Of a DNA stretch of 64,000 bases, positions 1 to 9,533 are shown in pieces; position 1 is the stretch's first letter; every line of letters begins with the position of its first letter. Under the pieces are notes generated by a model. That model was not told where the DNA came from and did no database searches. It was given only the letters and a program-made list of their open reading frames with translations. This stretch comes from Acidimicrobiales bacterium (GTDB lineage: Bacteria; Actinomycetota; Acidimicrobiia; Acidimicrobiales; VFJN01), in assembly GCA_045807565.1 (NCBI GenBank), contig JBJMHD010000149.1:5116-69115 (forward strand). Reading direction: 5' to 3'. The translations under genes were made by a program, and so were the position numbers.

Positions 1-510
1 GAGCTGGCTGCGCCGCTTCACGCCCTTCGGCCGCCCGGTGGTGCCCGACGTGTAGAGCATGGTGCCGCCACCCGGGCCATCGAGCGGGAAGGGCTCGTCC
101 ACCGGGTGGGCGGCCAGCGACTCGAGCTCGTCTCCGGCCAGCACCACGGCGACGTCGTGCCCGGCGGAGGCGGCGGCGGCTCGGGCCACCGACTCGTGCT
201 CGGGATCAGAGAAGAGGATCGTGGAGCCGCTGTCCTCGAGGATGTACGCGACCTCGCTCGCGGTGAGGTGCCAGTTGATCGCGGTGACCCAGGTGCCCGA
301 CTGCTGCGCGGCGAGGAGCACGTCGATGAGCTCGACGCGGTTGCCGATGAGCATCGACACGTGCCCGCCGACGGGCACGCCGCCGTCGTCGAGCATCCAA
401 TGACCGAGCCGGAGCGCGCGATCGAGGAGCTCGCCACGCGTGCGGCGTCGGGTCAGGTCGTCGACGGCGGGAGCGTCCGGGTCGGCGGCGACCAGCTCGG
501 GGAACGTCAT
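1..510 (-). CDS. AMP-binding acyl-CoA synthetase (N-terminal part; runs off the window start)
   Basis: Not in the ORF track. Manual translation from ATG at 510 gives MTFPELVAADPDAPAVDDLTRRR...INWHLTASEVAYILEDSG...MLYTSGTTGRPKGVKR, which includes the ANL-family YTSGTTGxPKG motif. Confidence 0.9.
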   Translation of the reverse strand, partial: MTFPELVAADPDAPAVDDLTRRRTRGELLDRALRLGHWMLDDGGVPVGGHVSMLIGNRVELIDVLLAAQQSGTWVTAINWHLTASEVAYILEDSGSTILFSDPEHESVARAAAASAGHDVAVVLAGDELESLAAHPVDEPFPLDGPGGGTMLYTSGTTGRPKGVKRRSQL

Positions 511-565
511 GGGTTCGATCCTGGCAGGGATCGGAGCCTGCTGCCGCACGCCGTAACGTGCCCAC

Positions 566-1537
566 ATGGCTGGAGGTGATCACAGCGCCAGAGCGGTGGT
601 CGCGGCCCTGCTCGCCAACCTCGGCATCGCCGCGTCGAAGCTGGTGGGCTTCCTCGTCACCGGCTCCGCCTCGATGCTCGCGGAGGCGATCCACTCCGTG
701 GCCGACTCCGGGAACCAGGGCCTGCTGCTGCTCGGCGGGCACCGGGCCCGCCGCGATGCCGACGACACGCACCCCTTCGGCTACGGCCGAGAGCGCTACT
801 TCTGGGCCTTCATCGTCGCTCTCGTCCTGTTCAGCCTGGGCGGCGGCTTCGCCATCTTCGAGGGCATCGAGAAGATCCTCCACCCGCACGAGCTCGAGTC
901 GGTGGGAGTTGCCATCGCGATCCTCCTCTTCGCCCTCGGGCTCGAGGGGTACTCCTTCCGCACCGCGGTGATCGAGTCGAACAAGGTCCGGGAGGACGCC
1001 TCGTGGTGGCAGTTCATCCGCCGGTCGAGGAACCCCGAGCTCCCTGTGGTGCTGCTCGAGGACCTTGCCGCCCTCACCGGCCTCGTCATCGCCCTCGGTG
1101 CGCTCACGCTGTCGGTCGTCACCGACGACCCCAGGTACGACGGGATCGGCACGCTGATGATCGGACTGCTGCTCACCGCGGTCGCGATCGTCCTCGCCGT
1201 GGAGATGAAGAGCCTGCTCCTCGGGGAGACGGCGCAGCCGGCGGTGCAGGAGGCCATCCGCACCGGGATCGAGCGCGAGCCCGCCGTCGAGCGGCTGATC
1301 CACCTCCGCACCCAGCACATCGGGCCCGACGAGCTCCTCATCGGCGCCAAGGTGGCGTTCGCCGACGGCCTCTCGATGCAGGAGCTGGCCGAGGCGGTCA
1401 ACCGGGTCGAGGCGAACGTGCGCGAGGCGGTGCCGGAGGCACGGGTGATGTACGTCGAGCCCGACGTGGTGGGTCCGGAGCCTCCCGACGACCCGCTCGC
1501 CACGCCGCTGTCGGCGCGCGGCCGGGACGGCTCGTGA
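566..1537 (+). CDS. Cation diffusion facilitator (CDF) family transporter
   Basis: SASMLAEAIHSVADSGNQ, HPFGYGRERY and EDLAAL motifs; about 6 TM helices plus a C-terminal cytoplasmic domain; TAACGT 6 nt before the ATG. Confidence 0.92.
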   Translation: MAGGDHSARAVVAALLANLGIAASKLVGFLVTGSASMLAEAIHSVADSGNQGLLLLGGHRARRDADDTHPFGYGRERYFWAFIVALVLFSLGGGFAIFEGIEKILHPHELESVGVAIAILLFALGLEGYSFRTAVIESNKVREDASWWQFIRRSRNPELPVVLLEDLAALTGLVIALGALTLSVVTDDPRYDGIGTLMIGLLLTAVAIVLAVEMKSLLLGETAQPAVQEAIRTGIEREPAVERLIHLRTQHIGPDELLIGAKVAFADGLSMQELAEAVNRVEANVREAVPEARVMYVEPDVVGPEPPDDPLATPLSARGRDGS

Positions 1538-1935
1538 CCGGCGCCGACGCGTCGGGGCGGCGGCAGCTCGAGGCGCTCGGCGAGCTCATCCGCAAGCAGC
1601 GCCAGCAGGCCGAGATGACCCTGCGCGACCTCGCCGAGAGGGCGAACGTGTCGAACCCCTACCTGAGCCAGATCGAACGAGGCCTCCACGAGCCGTCGGT
1701 GCGCGTCCTGAAGGGGATCGCCGGCGCGCTCAACGTCAGCGCCGAGCAGCTCCTGGTCCAGGCCGGCGTCCTCGAGGGGGTGGAGCACGAAGCGCCGCCG
1801 CCCCCGAGCGTCGAAGACGCCGTGAACGCCGACCCCCGCCTCAGCAAGGACCAGCGCGCCGCGCTGATGAGCGTGTACCGCAGCTTCGTGGAGGACGCTC
1901 CGGTCGCCGCGAAGCGGCCGCGCCGGCGCACGTGA
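1534..1935 (+). CDS. XRE-family HTH transcriptional regulator (Rv0474-like)
   Basis: GTG overlaps the CDF stop (GTGA); LGELIRKQRQQAEMTLRDLAERANVSNPYLSQIERGLHEPS is an XRE HTH. Confidence 0.88.
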   Translation: MTGADASGRRQLEALGELIRKQRQQAEMTLRDLAERANVSNPYLSQIERGLHEPSVRVLKGIAGALNVSAEQLLVQAGVLEGVEHEAPPPPSVEDAVNADPRLSKDQRAALMSVYRSFVEDAPVAAKRPRRRT

Positions 1936-1948
1936 TCCACGCGCGCGA

Positions 1949-1979
1949 GAGCGGCGCCTCGGGGGGAGAGGCGCCGCTC
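1949..1979. terminator. GC-rich hairpin between convergent genes
   Basis: GAGCGGCGCCTC-N7-GAGGCGCCGCTC, a perfect 12-bp stem downstream of the XRE stop. Confidence 0.65.
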
Positions 1980-2014
1980 ATCGCGCGAAGTCCCGTGGGG
2001 GACTCGGACGCAGG

Positions 2015-2040
2015 GGGTCGGTCGGGGTGTCGACCGACCC
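2015..2040. terminator. Second hairpin between convergent genes
   Basis: GGGTCGGTCG-GGGTGT-CGACCGACCC, a 10-bp stem just downstream of the stop at 2044. Confidence 0.6.
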
Positions 2041-2043
2041 GCT

Positions 2044-2349
2044 CTAGGCGGCCTTGACCGCGGGCTTCGTGGCCTTCTTGGTCTTGTAGCCGGCCAGCGG
2101 GGCCACCGTCTCGAGGACGGCGGTCACGAGCGCGGTGTTGGCGTCGATCAGCTTCTTCACGAAGGCGGTCTGGCTCTCCACGACCTCGATGGGCGTGGCC
2201 AGCGACGCGGGGTAGGTGACGGAGGGAAGGCGGTCACCGACGAGCTCGACGCCCTTGGAGACGTACTCGACGACGGTGGGCTTGGCGTCCTTGACGGCCT
2301 GGAGGATCTGGTCCTCGTAGCCCTCGACGGTGCTCAGGATGGTGCTCAT
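2044..2349 (-). CDS. Small amphipathic helical protein with Lys/Ala tail (HbhA/phasin-like)
   Basis: 101 aa from ATG 2349; strong GC3 codon bias; C-terminus YKTKKATKPAVKAA. Confidence 0.7.
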   Translation of the reverse strand: MSTILSTVEGYEDQILQAVKDAKPTVVEYVSKGVELVGDRLPSVTYPASLATPIEVVESQTAFVKKLIDANTALVTAVLETVAPLAGYKTKKATKPAVKAA

Positions 2350-2464
2350 GGTTGGAACGGTGCTCCTCGGTGGGGGGTGCTGCGGCAAGCAGTGCGCTAA
2401 CTATATCTAGCAGTTGCTTGATGCGTCAACGTGGCCTCCGTCACACCGCCTTACGGCGGGGCCG

Positions 2465-5400
2465 TCAGGCGGGGACGCCGACGGCGAGGGCGAACGCCTG
2501 CCGCCACCCGGTGTCGCTGACGCCCAGCTCGGCAAGGCGGGCTTCGGCCTCCGACAGGCGGGCGGGGGCGTCAGGGTCGCTGCGTGCGGTCGCGGCGGTG
2601 GCGTCGGCCAGGCGCACGAGCGTCTGCGACACGCGGTCCTCGGTGGCGTCGGCGGCTGCCCGCACCTGGTCGAACGCCGCGGTGGAGGCCGCGACATCGC
2701 CCCGCCGTGACAGCGCGAGGGCGCGAGCGATGCCCGCGGTGAGGCGGTCGAGGTAGCTCGCGCGCTCGTGGACGTCGACCTCGTCGGCGGCGGCCAGGGC
2801 CTCGTCGATCGAGCCGTTCGCCACGCTCGCCAGGGCGAGGGCCGAGTGCAGGTTCGGATCGATCTCGGGCGCCAGCCGCGCCTCGAGAGACGACATGAGC
2901 GCCACCGCTCCTGCCACGTCCCCGCACTGGAGGCGGTGGAGACCCAGCGACGTCGTGCGCTCCGTGTCACCGACGATCAGCTCTCCGTCGCCGCCGTCGG
3001 CGAGTGCGGGCGGGGACACCGCGAGCATCTGCTCGCTGCGGGCGACGTCGCCCACCTGCACCGTGGCCGCGAGCCCCGCCATCATCGCCACGATCAGCTC
3101 GCGCTCGCTGAGGGGCGTGCCGTCGCTCCGATCCATCGAGGCGACCATGTCGAGGCCCTCCTCCACCTGCCCGGAGAGGATCAGGGCGCGACCGAGCACG
3201 GCCGAGGACTGCGAGTGGCCGAAGTCGTCTTGGATCTCGTCGAAGAGCGCACGCGCCTCTCGCAGGCGATCGATGGCGCTCAGGGTCCGACCGGTCCACA
3301 GCCGAACGGATCCGGCCAGGATCAGCATCATGCCGACCGCCCACCGGTCGCCGCCGCGGTCGTCGGCGAGCACGGCCTCGGCCATGTCGCCGGCCTCGGT
3401 GGCGTGGCCCTGCTGGAAGCGAGCCCAGGCGAGGAGACCCCGCGCCCACCGCAGGCCCCCAGGATCGCCCAGCTCCTCGAAGGTGGCGGCCGCCTTGTGG
3501 AGCAGGACCTCGGCCTCGGCGACGCGACCCGAGTAGAACGCGCACCACGCGAGGTTCTGGCGCACCCACGCGATGCCGCGACGGTCCTCCAGCTCCTCGT
3601 ACCGCCGGAGCGCCTGCTCGAGCAGCGCGGTGGCGGCGGCGTACTCGTGCCGGGTGAGCGCGCCGAACCCGCGGAACCGGAGCACCTCCGCCTCGCCCGT
3701 CGCATCGCCGAGCTCCTCGAACACGTGGCCCGCTTCATCGAGAGCAGACTCCGAGGCGGCCCAGCTGGACGCCTTCTGCTCGATGTCGGCGAGCACCAGC
3801 AACGCCCGTCCGAGATCGCGCCGAGCGTCGCCTCCGGCGTGCCGGCTCTCCTCGACCGCGGCCACGGCGTCCGCTCGTGCCGGCGCGACCTCGCGCAGGC
3901 CGGCCAGCGCCCGGGCGCGGCCCATGAGGAACGTGCGGTGCCGCGGCCCGTGGCGGCCGCCCAGCAACCGCAGGCCCTCGCTGTAGAGGCGCTCGGCCAC
4001 CACGGACATCTCGGCCTGGTTGGCGCGGGCGGCCGCCTGCTCGAGCCAGTGGAGCGCGGGCTCGGCGAGATCGGTCGGAAGCCCCTCCACCGGACCGAGC
4101 TCCTTGAGGAGCTCGGCGGCGCGGACGTAGTGGTACGTGAGCCGGTCGATCACGGCGTCGTGGTCGGTGTCCTCGTGGACCTCCATCCAGGTGGCGATGC
4201 CGTAGTGGGATCGGGCGCGGTCAGCCTTGGTGAGGGTGCTGTAGGCCACCTCGCGCACGAGGTCGGAGCGGAAGGTCCACTTCTCGCTCTCCCCGGCACC
4301 GCTGAGCACGAGGAGCTCCTTGTCCTCCAGCGAGTGGAGGATCGGCCGCACGTCGGCGATGCCGAGGTGCTTCCCGGCCATGACCTCGATCGCGCTCATG
4401 GGGCCGCGGCGGCCGAGCACCGCGCAGTCGTCGAGGACACGCCGCTCGTCCACCGAGAGCCCGTCGAGGCGGGCGGACACCAGCCCGCGCAGGGTGTCGG
4501 GAAGGTCGATGTGGTCGTCGTGGTCGCCATGCCCGCGCACACCGACCATCCCCGCGTCGGACAGGAGGGTGACGAGCTCCTCGAGGAAGAAGGGGTTGCC
4601 GCCACTGCGCGCCAGCAGCTCCTTGGTGAGGCCCGCGCCCAGCTCCGCCCCCGCCAGCTCGCACAGGAGCGCCTCGGCGGACTCGGACGTGAGCGGGTCG
4701 AGGGTGAGCACGACGAGGTTGTGCCGGCCGTGCGGCGGGTGCCACCGCTCCTCGACCGCAGGACGAGCGGTGGCGAGCACCACGAACTTCCTCGACGACA
4801 GCCGGTCGAGCAGCGTGTCGACGAGCTCGAGCACCAAGTCGTCGGCCCAGTGCAGGTCGGACAGCACCACCACCACCGGACGATGCGCGGAGAAGCGCTC
4901 GGCGTAGGTGACGACCGCCGAGGTGGCCTCCTCGCGAGCGCGCGCCGGATCGATGCCGCGCAGCTCGGAGTCGTAGCCCATGAGGTAGAGCAGCCCCTGG
5001 TGGACCCGGTCCACCTCGGCGGGGCTGGCGTCCTCGCCGAGCGCGATGCACACGGAGGTGCGGGCCAGCTCGATGGCCTTGTCGACGGGATCGCTCGAGC
5101 GGATCCCGGCGCCGTGGCGCAGCGCATCGGCCACCGGCCACCAGATGTTCGCCTCGCCGTAGGGGACGCAGCGGCCCTCGAGGATGAGGGCGTTGTGCGC
5201 CTCCTCGGCGTGCCGGGCCAGCTCCTCGGCCAGGCGGGACTTGCCGACGCCCGCCTCGCCGAGCAGGAGCAGGAGCGAGGCTCGGGCGTTGCAGATGGCG
5301 TTCTCCACGCTGTTGCAGAGCAGGCCGAGCTCGGGCTCGCGGCCGATGAGCCGGGCCCGGTTCCGCTCGGGGCGGTAGCCAGGCGGGAGCTCGGCACCGT

Positions 5401-6016
5401 CGGCCCGCCATGCCGGCACCAGCTCCTCGCGGCCCTTGGCGGTGATCGGGTCGAGCGCCTCGTAGCGCACGGTCCGCCGCGTGGCGGCGAAGGTGGCCGG
5501 GCCGACCAGCACGTCACCGGGCTGCGCGGCGGCCTGCAGGCGGTTGGCCGTGTTCACCACGTCGCCCATGGCCGTGTAGTCGCCGCCCGCCCGGAGCGCG
5601 CCCACCAGCACCTCGCCCGTGTTGACGCCCACCCGCATCCGGATGTCCACGTCGAGCTCCGCGGTGTGGGCGGCGAGGGTCTCCTGCATGCGCAGCGCCG
5701 CTCGCACGGCGCGCTCGGCGTCGTCCTCGTGCGCCGTGGGCGCGCCGAACAGGGCGACGATGGCGTCGCCGATGATCTTGTCGACACGCCCGCCGAACGC
5801 GTCGATGTCGGCGACGAGCCGCTCGAAGCAGCCGTCGATCAGGTTCTTCACGTGCTCGGGATCGCGGGTCTCCGAGAGGGTGGTGTAGCCCACCAGGTCC
5901 GCGAACAGGACCGTGACGATGCGCCGCTCGTCGCCCCGCAGCCGCAGGTCCTGCCCGCAGTCGGCGCAGAACCGTGCGCCTGCCGGCACGTCAGCACGAC
6001 AGCTGGGGCAGGTCAC
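2465..6016 (-). CDS. Zinc ribbon + class III adenylate/guanylate cyclase + AAA ATPase + TPR-like (STAND-type) protein
   Basis: CPSC...CADC ribbon; TVLFADLVGYT, DKIIGDAIVALFG and GDVVNTANRLQ cyclase motifs; GEAGVGKS Walker A; helical repeats. Start re-called at GTG 6016 because the upstream part of the ORF is antisense to the ABC gene. Confidence 0.9.
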   Translation of the reverse strand: MTCPSCRADVPAGARFCADCGQDLRLRGDERRIVTVLFADLVGYTTLSETRDPEHVKNLIDGCFERLVADIDAFGGRVDKIIGDAIVALFGAPTAHEDDAERAVRAALRMQETLAAHTAELDVDIRMRVGVNTGEVLVGALRAGGDYTAMGDVVNTANRLQAAAQPGDVLVGPATFAATRRTVRYEALDPITAKGREELVPAWRADGAELPPGYRPERNRARLIGREPELGLLCNSVENAICNARASLLLLLGEAGVGKSRLAEELARHAEEAHNALILEGRCVPYGEANIWWPVADALRHGAGIRSSDPVDKAIELARTSVCIALGEDASPAEVDRVHQGLLYLMGYDSELRGIDPARAREEATSAVVTYAERFSAHRPVVVVLSDLHWADDLVLELVDTLLDRLSSRKFVVLATARPAVEERWHPPHGRHNLVVLTLDPLTSESAEALLCELAGAELGAGLTKELLARSGGNPFFLEELVTLLSDAGMVGVRGHGDHDDHIDLPDTLRGLVSARLDGLSVDERRVLDDCAVLGRRGPMSAIEVMAGKHLGIADVRPILHSLEDKELLVLSGAGESEKWTFRSDLVREVAYSTLTKADRARSHYGIATWMEVHEDTDHDAVIDRLTYHYVRAAELLKELGPVEGLPTDLAEPALHWLEQAAARANQAEMSVVAERLYSEGLRLLGGRHGPRHRTFLMGRARALAGLREVAPARADAVAAVEESRHAGGDARRDLGRALLVLADIEQKASSWAASESALDEAGHVFEELGDATGEAEVLRFRGFGALTRHEYAAATALLEQALRRYEELEDRRGIAWVRQNLAWCAFYSGRVAEAEVLLHKAAATFEELGDPGGLRWARGLLAWARFQQGHATEAGDMAEAVLADDRGGDRWAVGMMLILAGSVRLWTGRTLSAIDRLREARALFDEIQDDFGHSQSSAVLGRALILSGQVEEGLDMVASMDRSDGTPLSERELIVAMMAGLAATVQVGDVARSEQMLAVSPPALADGGDGELIVGDTERTTSLGLHRLQCGDVAGAVALMSSLEARLAPEIDPNLHSALALASVANGSIDEALAAADEVDVHERASYLDRLTAGIARALALSRRGDVAASTAAFDQVRAAADATEDRVSQTLVRLADATAATARSDPDAPARLSEAEARLAELGVSDTGWRQAFALAVGVPA

Positions 6017-6082
6017 CGCGCCCGAATCTACTGGTGACCCATCGCAAACCCCGCTTCCTTCTGCGCCCCGCCTCCCGCTCAG

Positions 6083-6114
6083 GGTGACCGGGGTCACCTC
6101 GGGGACAACCCCGA
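6083..6114. promoter_or_regulatory. Two adjacent palindromes, candidate operator(s) for the ABC exporter or cyclase
   Basis: GGTGACC-GG-GGTCACC (6083-6098) followed by TCGGGG-ACAA-CCCCGA (6099-6114) in the divergent intergenic region. Confidence 0.4.
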
Positions 6115-6151
6115 TGTCCCGGCCGGGGCACCACAGGTACGGTCCCGAACC

Positions 6152-6913
6152 ATGACCATGACCTCCCCCACACCACCGGCGAGCGCGGTGGCGGCAGCGC
6201 GCGCCGTCCACGCCACCAAGATCTACGGCCAGGGAGACACCGAGGTCCGCGCCCTCGACGACGTGTCGATCGACTTCGAGGCGGAGCGGTTCACGGCGAT
6301 CATGGGGCCATCGGGCTCGGGCAAGTCCACCCTGATGCACTGCGTCGCCGGTCTCGACAGCCTCACCTCGGGTGAGGTGTTCATCGGCGAGACCGACCTC
6401 ACGACGCTGCACGACAAGGAGCTCACGCAGGTCCGGCGCGACCGCGTCGGGTTCGTGTTCCAGAGCTTCAACCTGATCCCCACGCTGAACGCGCTGGAGA
6501 ACATCACCCTGCCGATGGACCTCGCCGGCCGGAAGCACGACTCGCCGTGGGTGGACGAGGTCGTGCGCACGGTCGGCCTCGGCGACCGCCTGAAGCACCG
6601 GCCCAGCGAGCTGTCGGGCGGCCAACAGCAACGGGTCGCGGTGGCCCGTGCCCTCGCCGCCCGACCGTCGATCATCTTCGCCGACGAGCCCACCGGCAAC
6701 CTGGACTCGCGCAGCGGCGCCGAGATCCTGTCGTTCATGCAGACCGCCGTGTCCGACCTCGGGCAGACCATCGTGATGGTCACCCACGATCCCGTCGCGG
6801 CCGCCTACGCGTCGCGCGTGGTGTTCCTCGCCGACGGACGGATCGTCGACGAGCTCCACGACCCCTCGGCCGAGCAGATCCTCGACCGCCTGAAGGCCTT
6901 CGGGGACGCTTGA
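6152..6913 (+). CDS. ABC transporter ATP-binding protein (LolD/MacB-like)
   Basis: GPSGSGKST, LSGGQQQRVAVARAL, FADEPTGNLD, VTHD. Confidence 0.95.
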   Translation: MTMTSPTPPASAVAAARAVHATKIYGQGDTEVRALDDVSIDFEAERFTAIMGPSGSGKSTLMHCVAGLDSLTSGEVFIGETDLTTLHDKELTQVRRDRVGFVFQSFNLIPTLNALENITLPMDLAGRKHDSPWVDEVVRTVGLGDRLKHRPSELSGGQQQRVAVARALAARPSIIFADEPTGNLDSRSGAEILSFMQTAVSDLGQTIVMVTHDPVAAAYASRVVFLADGRIVDELHDPSAEQILDRLKAFGDA

Positions 6914-9489
6914 TGCTGAAGGTCACCCTCCGATCGTTCTGGGAGCACAAGCGCCGGCTCGTGCTCACGGTCATCTCGATCGTGCTCGGCGTGTCCTTCA
7001 TGGCGGCGACGTTCGTCCTGGGCGACACCTTCAACCGGTTCTTCGACGACCTCTTCTCCACCGGTGGCGAGAAGGTCGACGCCCAGGTCGAGGGCGACGT
7101 CACCCTCTCCGACCCCTTCAGCGGCCAGGACGAGCGGGCCCCGCTCCCCGAGTCGATGGTCGAGCAGGTGGCGGCCGTGCCGGGCGTGCGCGTGGCGGAG
7201 CCGTACGTGATCACCATCGGCTTCGGGACCACGAACCGGGTGCTCGGGCCCGATGGCAAGGCCCTCGGCGCGGCGCAGGGCCCGCCGACCCTCCTCGAGA
7301 GCTGGCGACCGCACAGCCAGCTCTCCGCGTACCGCGTCGAAGACGGCCGCGGCCCGGAGGCGGACGACGAGATCGCCCTCGACCTCGCCACCTTCGAGGA
7401 CTCCGGGTACGAGCTCGGCGACACCGTCACCGTCGTCACCCTCGACGGCAACAAGGACTACACCCTCGTCGGCACGGTGCGCTTCGGCACCGCGAAGAGC
7501 TCGGGCGGGGCGTTGTCGGCCGAGTTCACCCTCGCCGAGGCGCAGCGCCTGGCGGACCTCCCCGGACAGGTCGACCAGGTGGTCGCCGGCGCGGAGCCGG
7601 GGGTGAGCCAGGAGGAGCTGGCCGGCGCGATCCGGGAGGCGCTGCCGAAGGACGTCCACGTCCTCACCGGCAAGCAGGCCTCGGATCAGCTCTCCTCCGA
7701 CGTGCAGAGCGGCTTCTCGATCATCACGACGATCATCCAGGTGTTCGCCGGCATCGCGCTCCTGGTGGGGATCTTCGTGATCACCAACACGTTCTCGATC
7801 ATCGTGCAGCAACGCACCCGCGAGCTGGCCCTGCTCCGAGCCGTGGGCGCGGGTCGCCGGCAGGTGCTCACCTCCGTCCTGCTCGAGGCGATCCTCGTCG
7901 GGCTCATCGGCGCAGGCCTCGGGCTCCTCGTCGGCGTGGGTCTGGCGACCGCTTCCATCGCCGGGTTCGGAGCCGACCTCGGCGGCATCGTCCTGAGCGG
8001 CAAGACGGTGGGCGCGGCGCTGCTGATCGGATTGGTCGTCACGCTCGTGTCGGCTCTCGCGCCCGCCATCCGCGCCACGCGCGTGCCGCCGCTCGCCGCG
8101 CTGCGCGACGTGGCCATCGACCGATCGGGGGCGTCGAGGGCACGCGTGGCGCTGGGGGTGCTGATCACCCTCGCTGCCGCCTTCCTGCTGAGCACGATCT
8201 GGACAGGCGACAACACGACCGACGACATCGCGCCGATCATCATCGGCGCCCTCCTCGTCCTCGTGGCCGCGGTCATCGTCGGTCCGGTCCTGGCTGGTCC
8301 CAGCGTGCTCCTCGGGGGCAAGCCGCTCGCCAAGCTGTCGGGCATCACCGGTCGCCTGGCCGTCGAGAACGCGTCTCGCAGCCCGAAGCGGACCTCGGCC
8401 ACGGCCGCCGCCCTGCTCATCGGCGTCGCCCTGGTCGGGCTGCTGTCGGTGTTCGGGGCGTCGGCCAAGGCGTCCATCGACAAGGTGGTGAGCCGCGGGT
8501 TCAACGGCGACTTCGTGGTGCAGGCGGAGTCATCCGGCTTCGGGCCGGGCATCGGCGGCTTCTCCCCGGCCATCGCCGAGCAGGTCGTCGCCACCGAGGG
8601 GGTGGCGACCGTCGCGCCGCAGGCGCTGGCCGGCGCGCACCTCGTCTACCCGGACGGGGACGAGGCGGACGAGGTGATCACCGCCATGGACCCGAGCACC
8701 CTCACCGGGACCCTCGAGCCGACCATGGCCGAGGGCGCGGTGACCGACCTCACCGACGATGGGGTGATCGTCGACGTCGAGCGGGCCAGGGAACACGGGA
8801 TCTCGCTCGGGGACAAGATCCACTTCGTCCTCTCCGGCGGCGAGCAGCTGGACCTCAGGGTCGCGGCGTTGAGCGACGAGGAGAACCTGCTCGGGTTCTT
8901 CACCATGACCCGCGCCACGTACCAGGCGAACGCCAAGGCACCCCTCGACACGTTCCTCTACGGCACCGTCGACGACGGCGCCGACGTCGATGTCGTCGTC
9001 GACCGCGTCGACGAGGCAGTGGCGGCGACGCCGGGGCTGCAGGTGCTCGACAAGGAGGGCTTCATCGGCTCGATCGCCGATCAGGTGTCGTTCTTCCTCA
9101 ACTTCATCACCATCCTGCTGCTGCTCTCGATCGTCATCGCCCTGATCGGCGTGGCCAACACGCTGTCCCTGTCGATCAGCGAGCGGGTGCGGGAGCTCGG
9201 CCTCCTGCGGGCGGTGGGGATGGACCGTGTCCAGCTCAAGCGATCGATCCGCTGGGAGGCGATCCTGATCGCGATGCTCGGGACGACCGTCGGCGTCGCG
9301 CTGTCCGTGGGGCTGGGGTGGGCGCTGATGGAGGGCTTCGCCAGCCAGGGCTTCACCGAGTTCCGCGTGCCGGTCGGGTCGCTGGTCGTGCTGCTCGTCG
9401 CCGGTGCCGGGGTCGGGACCCTCGCGGCCATCCTCCCCGCCCGGCGCGCCGCGAAGCTCTCGATCCTCGACGCCATCGCCACGGACTGA
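6913..9489 (+). CDS. ABC transporter permease, double FtsX/MacB-like
   Basis: TGATG coupling to the ATPase; two FtsX-like repeats (QRTRELALLRAVG, ERVRELGLLRAVG) with large extracytoplasmic domains; 858 aa. Confidence 0.93.
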   Translation: MLKVTLRSFWEHKRRLVLTVISIVLGVSFMAATFVLGDTFNRFFDDLFSTGGEKVDAQVEGDVTLSDPFSGQDERAPLPESMVEQVAAVPGVRVAEPYVITIGFGTTNRVLGPDGKALGAAQGPPTLLESWRPHSQLSAYRVEDGRGPEADDEIALDLATFEDSGYELGDTVTVVTLDGNKDYTLVGTVRFGTAKSSGGALSAEFTLAEAQRLADLPGQVDQVVAGAEPGVSQEELAGAIREALPKDVHVLTGKQASDQLSSDVQSGFSIITTIIQVFAGIALLVGIFVITNTFSIIVQQRTRELALLRAVGAGRRQVLTSVLLEAILVGLIGAGLGLLVGVGLATASIAGFGADLGGIVLSGKTVGAALLIGLVVTLVSALAPAIRATRVPPLAALRDVAIDRSGASRARVALGVLITLAAAFLLSTIWTGDNTTDDIAPIIIGALLVLVAAVIVGPVLAGPSVLLGGKPLAKLSGITGRLAVENASRSPKRTSATAAALLIGVALVGLLSVFGASAKASIDKVVSRGFNGDFVVQAESSGFGPGIGGFSPAIAEQVVATEGVATVAPQALAGAHLVYPDGDEADEVITAMDPSTLTGTLEPTMAEGAVTDLTDDGVIVDVERAREHGISLGDKIHFVLSGGEQLDLRVAALSDEENLLGFFTMTRATYQANAKAPLDTFLYGTVDDGADVDVVVDRVDEAVAATPGLQVLDKEGFIGSIADQVSFFLNFITILLLLSIVIALIGVANTLSLSISERVRELGLLRAVGMDRVQLKRSIRWEAILIAMLGTTVGVALSVGLGWALMEGFASQGFTEFRVPVGSLVVLLVAGAGVGTLAAILPARRAAKLSILDAIATD

Positions 9490-9503
9490 GCTCGCGCGAG
9501 ACA

Positions 9504-9526
9504 TCGAACGCCTGTTCGTCTATCCT
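9504..9526 (+). promoter_or_regulatory. LexA (SOS) box plus -10 element
   Basis: TCGAAC-GCCT-GTTCGT, 1 mismatch to the actinobacterial TCGAAC-N4-GTTCGA; TATCCT at 9521-9526; GTG 7 nt later. Confidence 0.75.
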
Positions 9527-9533
9527 CCAGGGC

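Noticed and set aside
6017-6859. N-terminal 281-aa extension of the cyclase ORF
   Set aside because: It lies antisense to the ABC ATPase gene; the recognisable protein begins at the zinc ribbon (GTG 6016).
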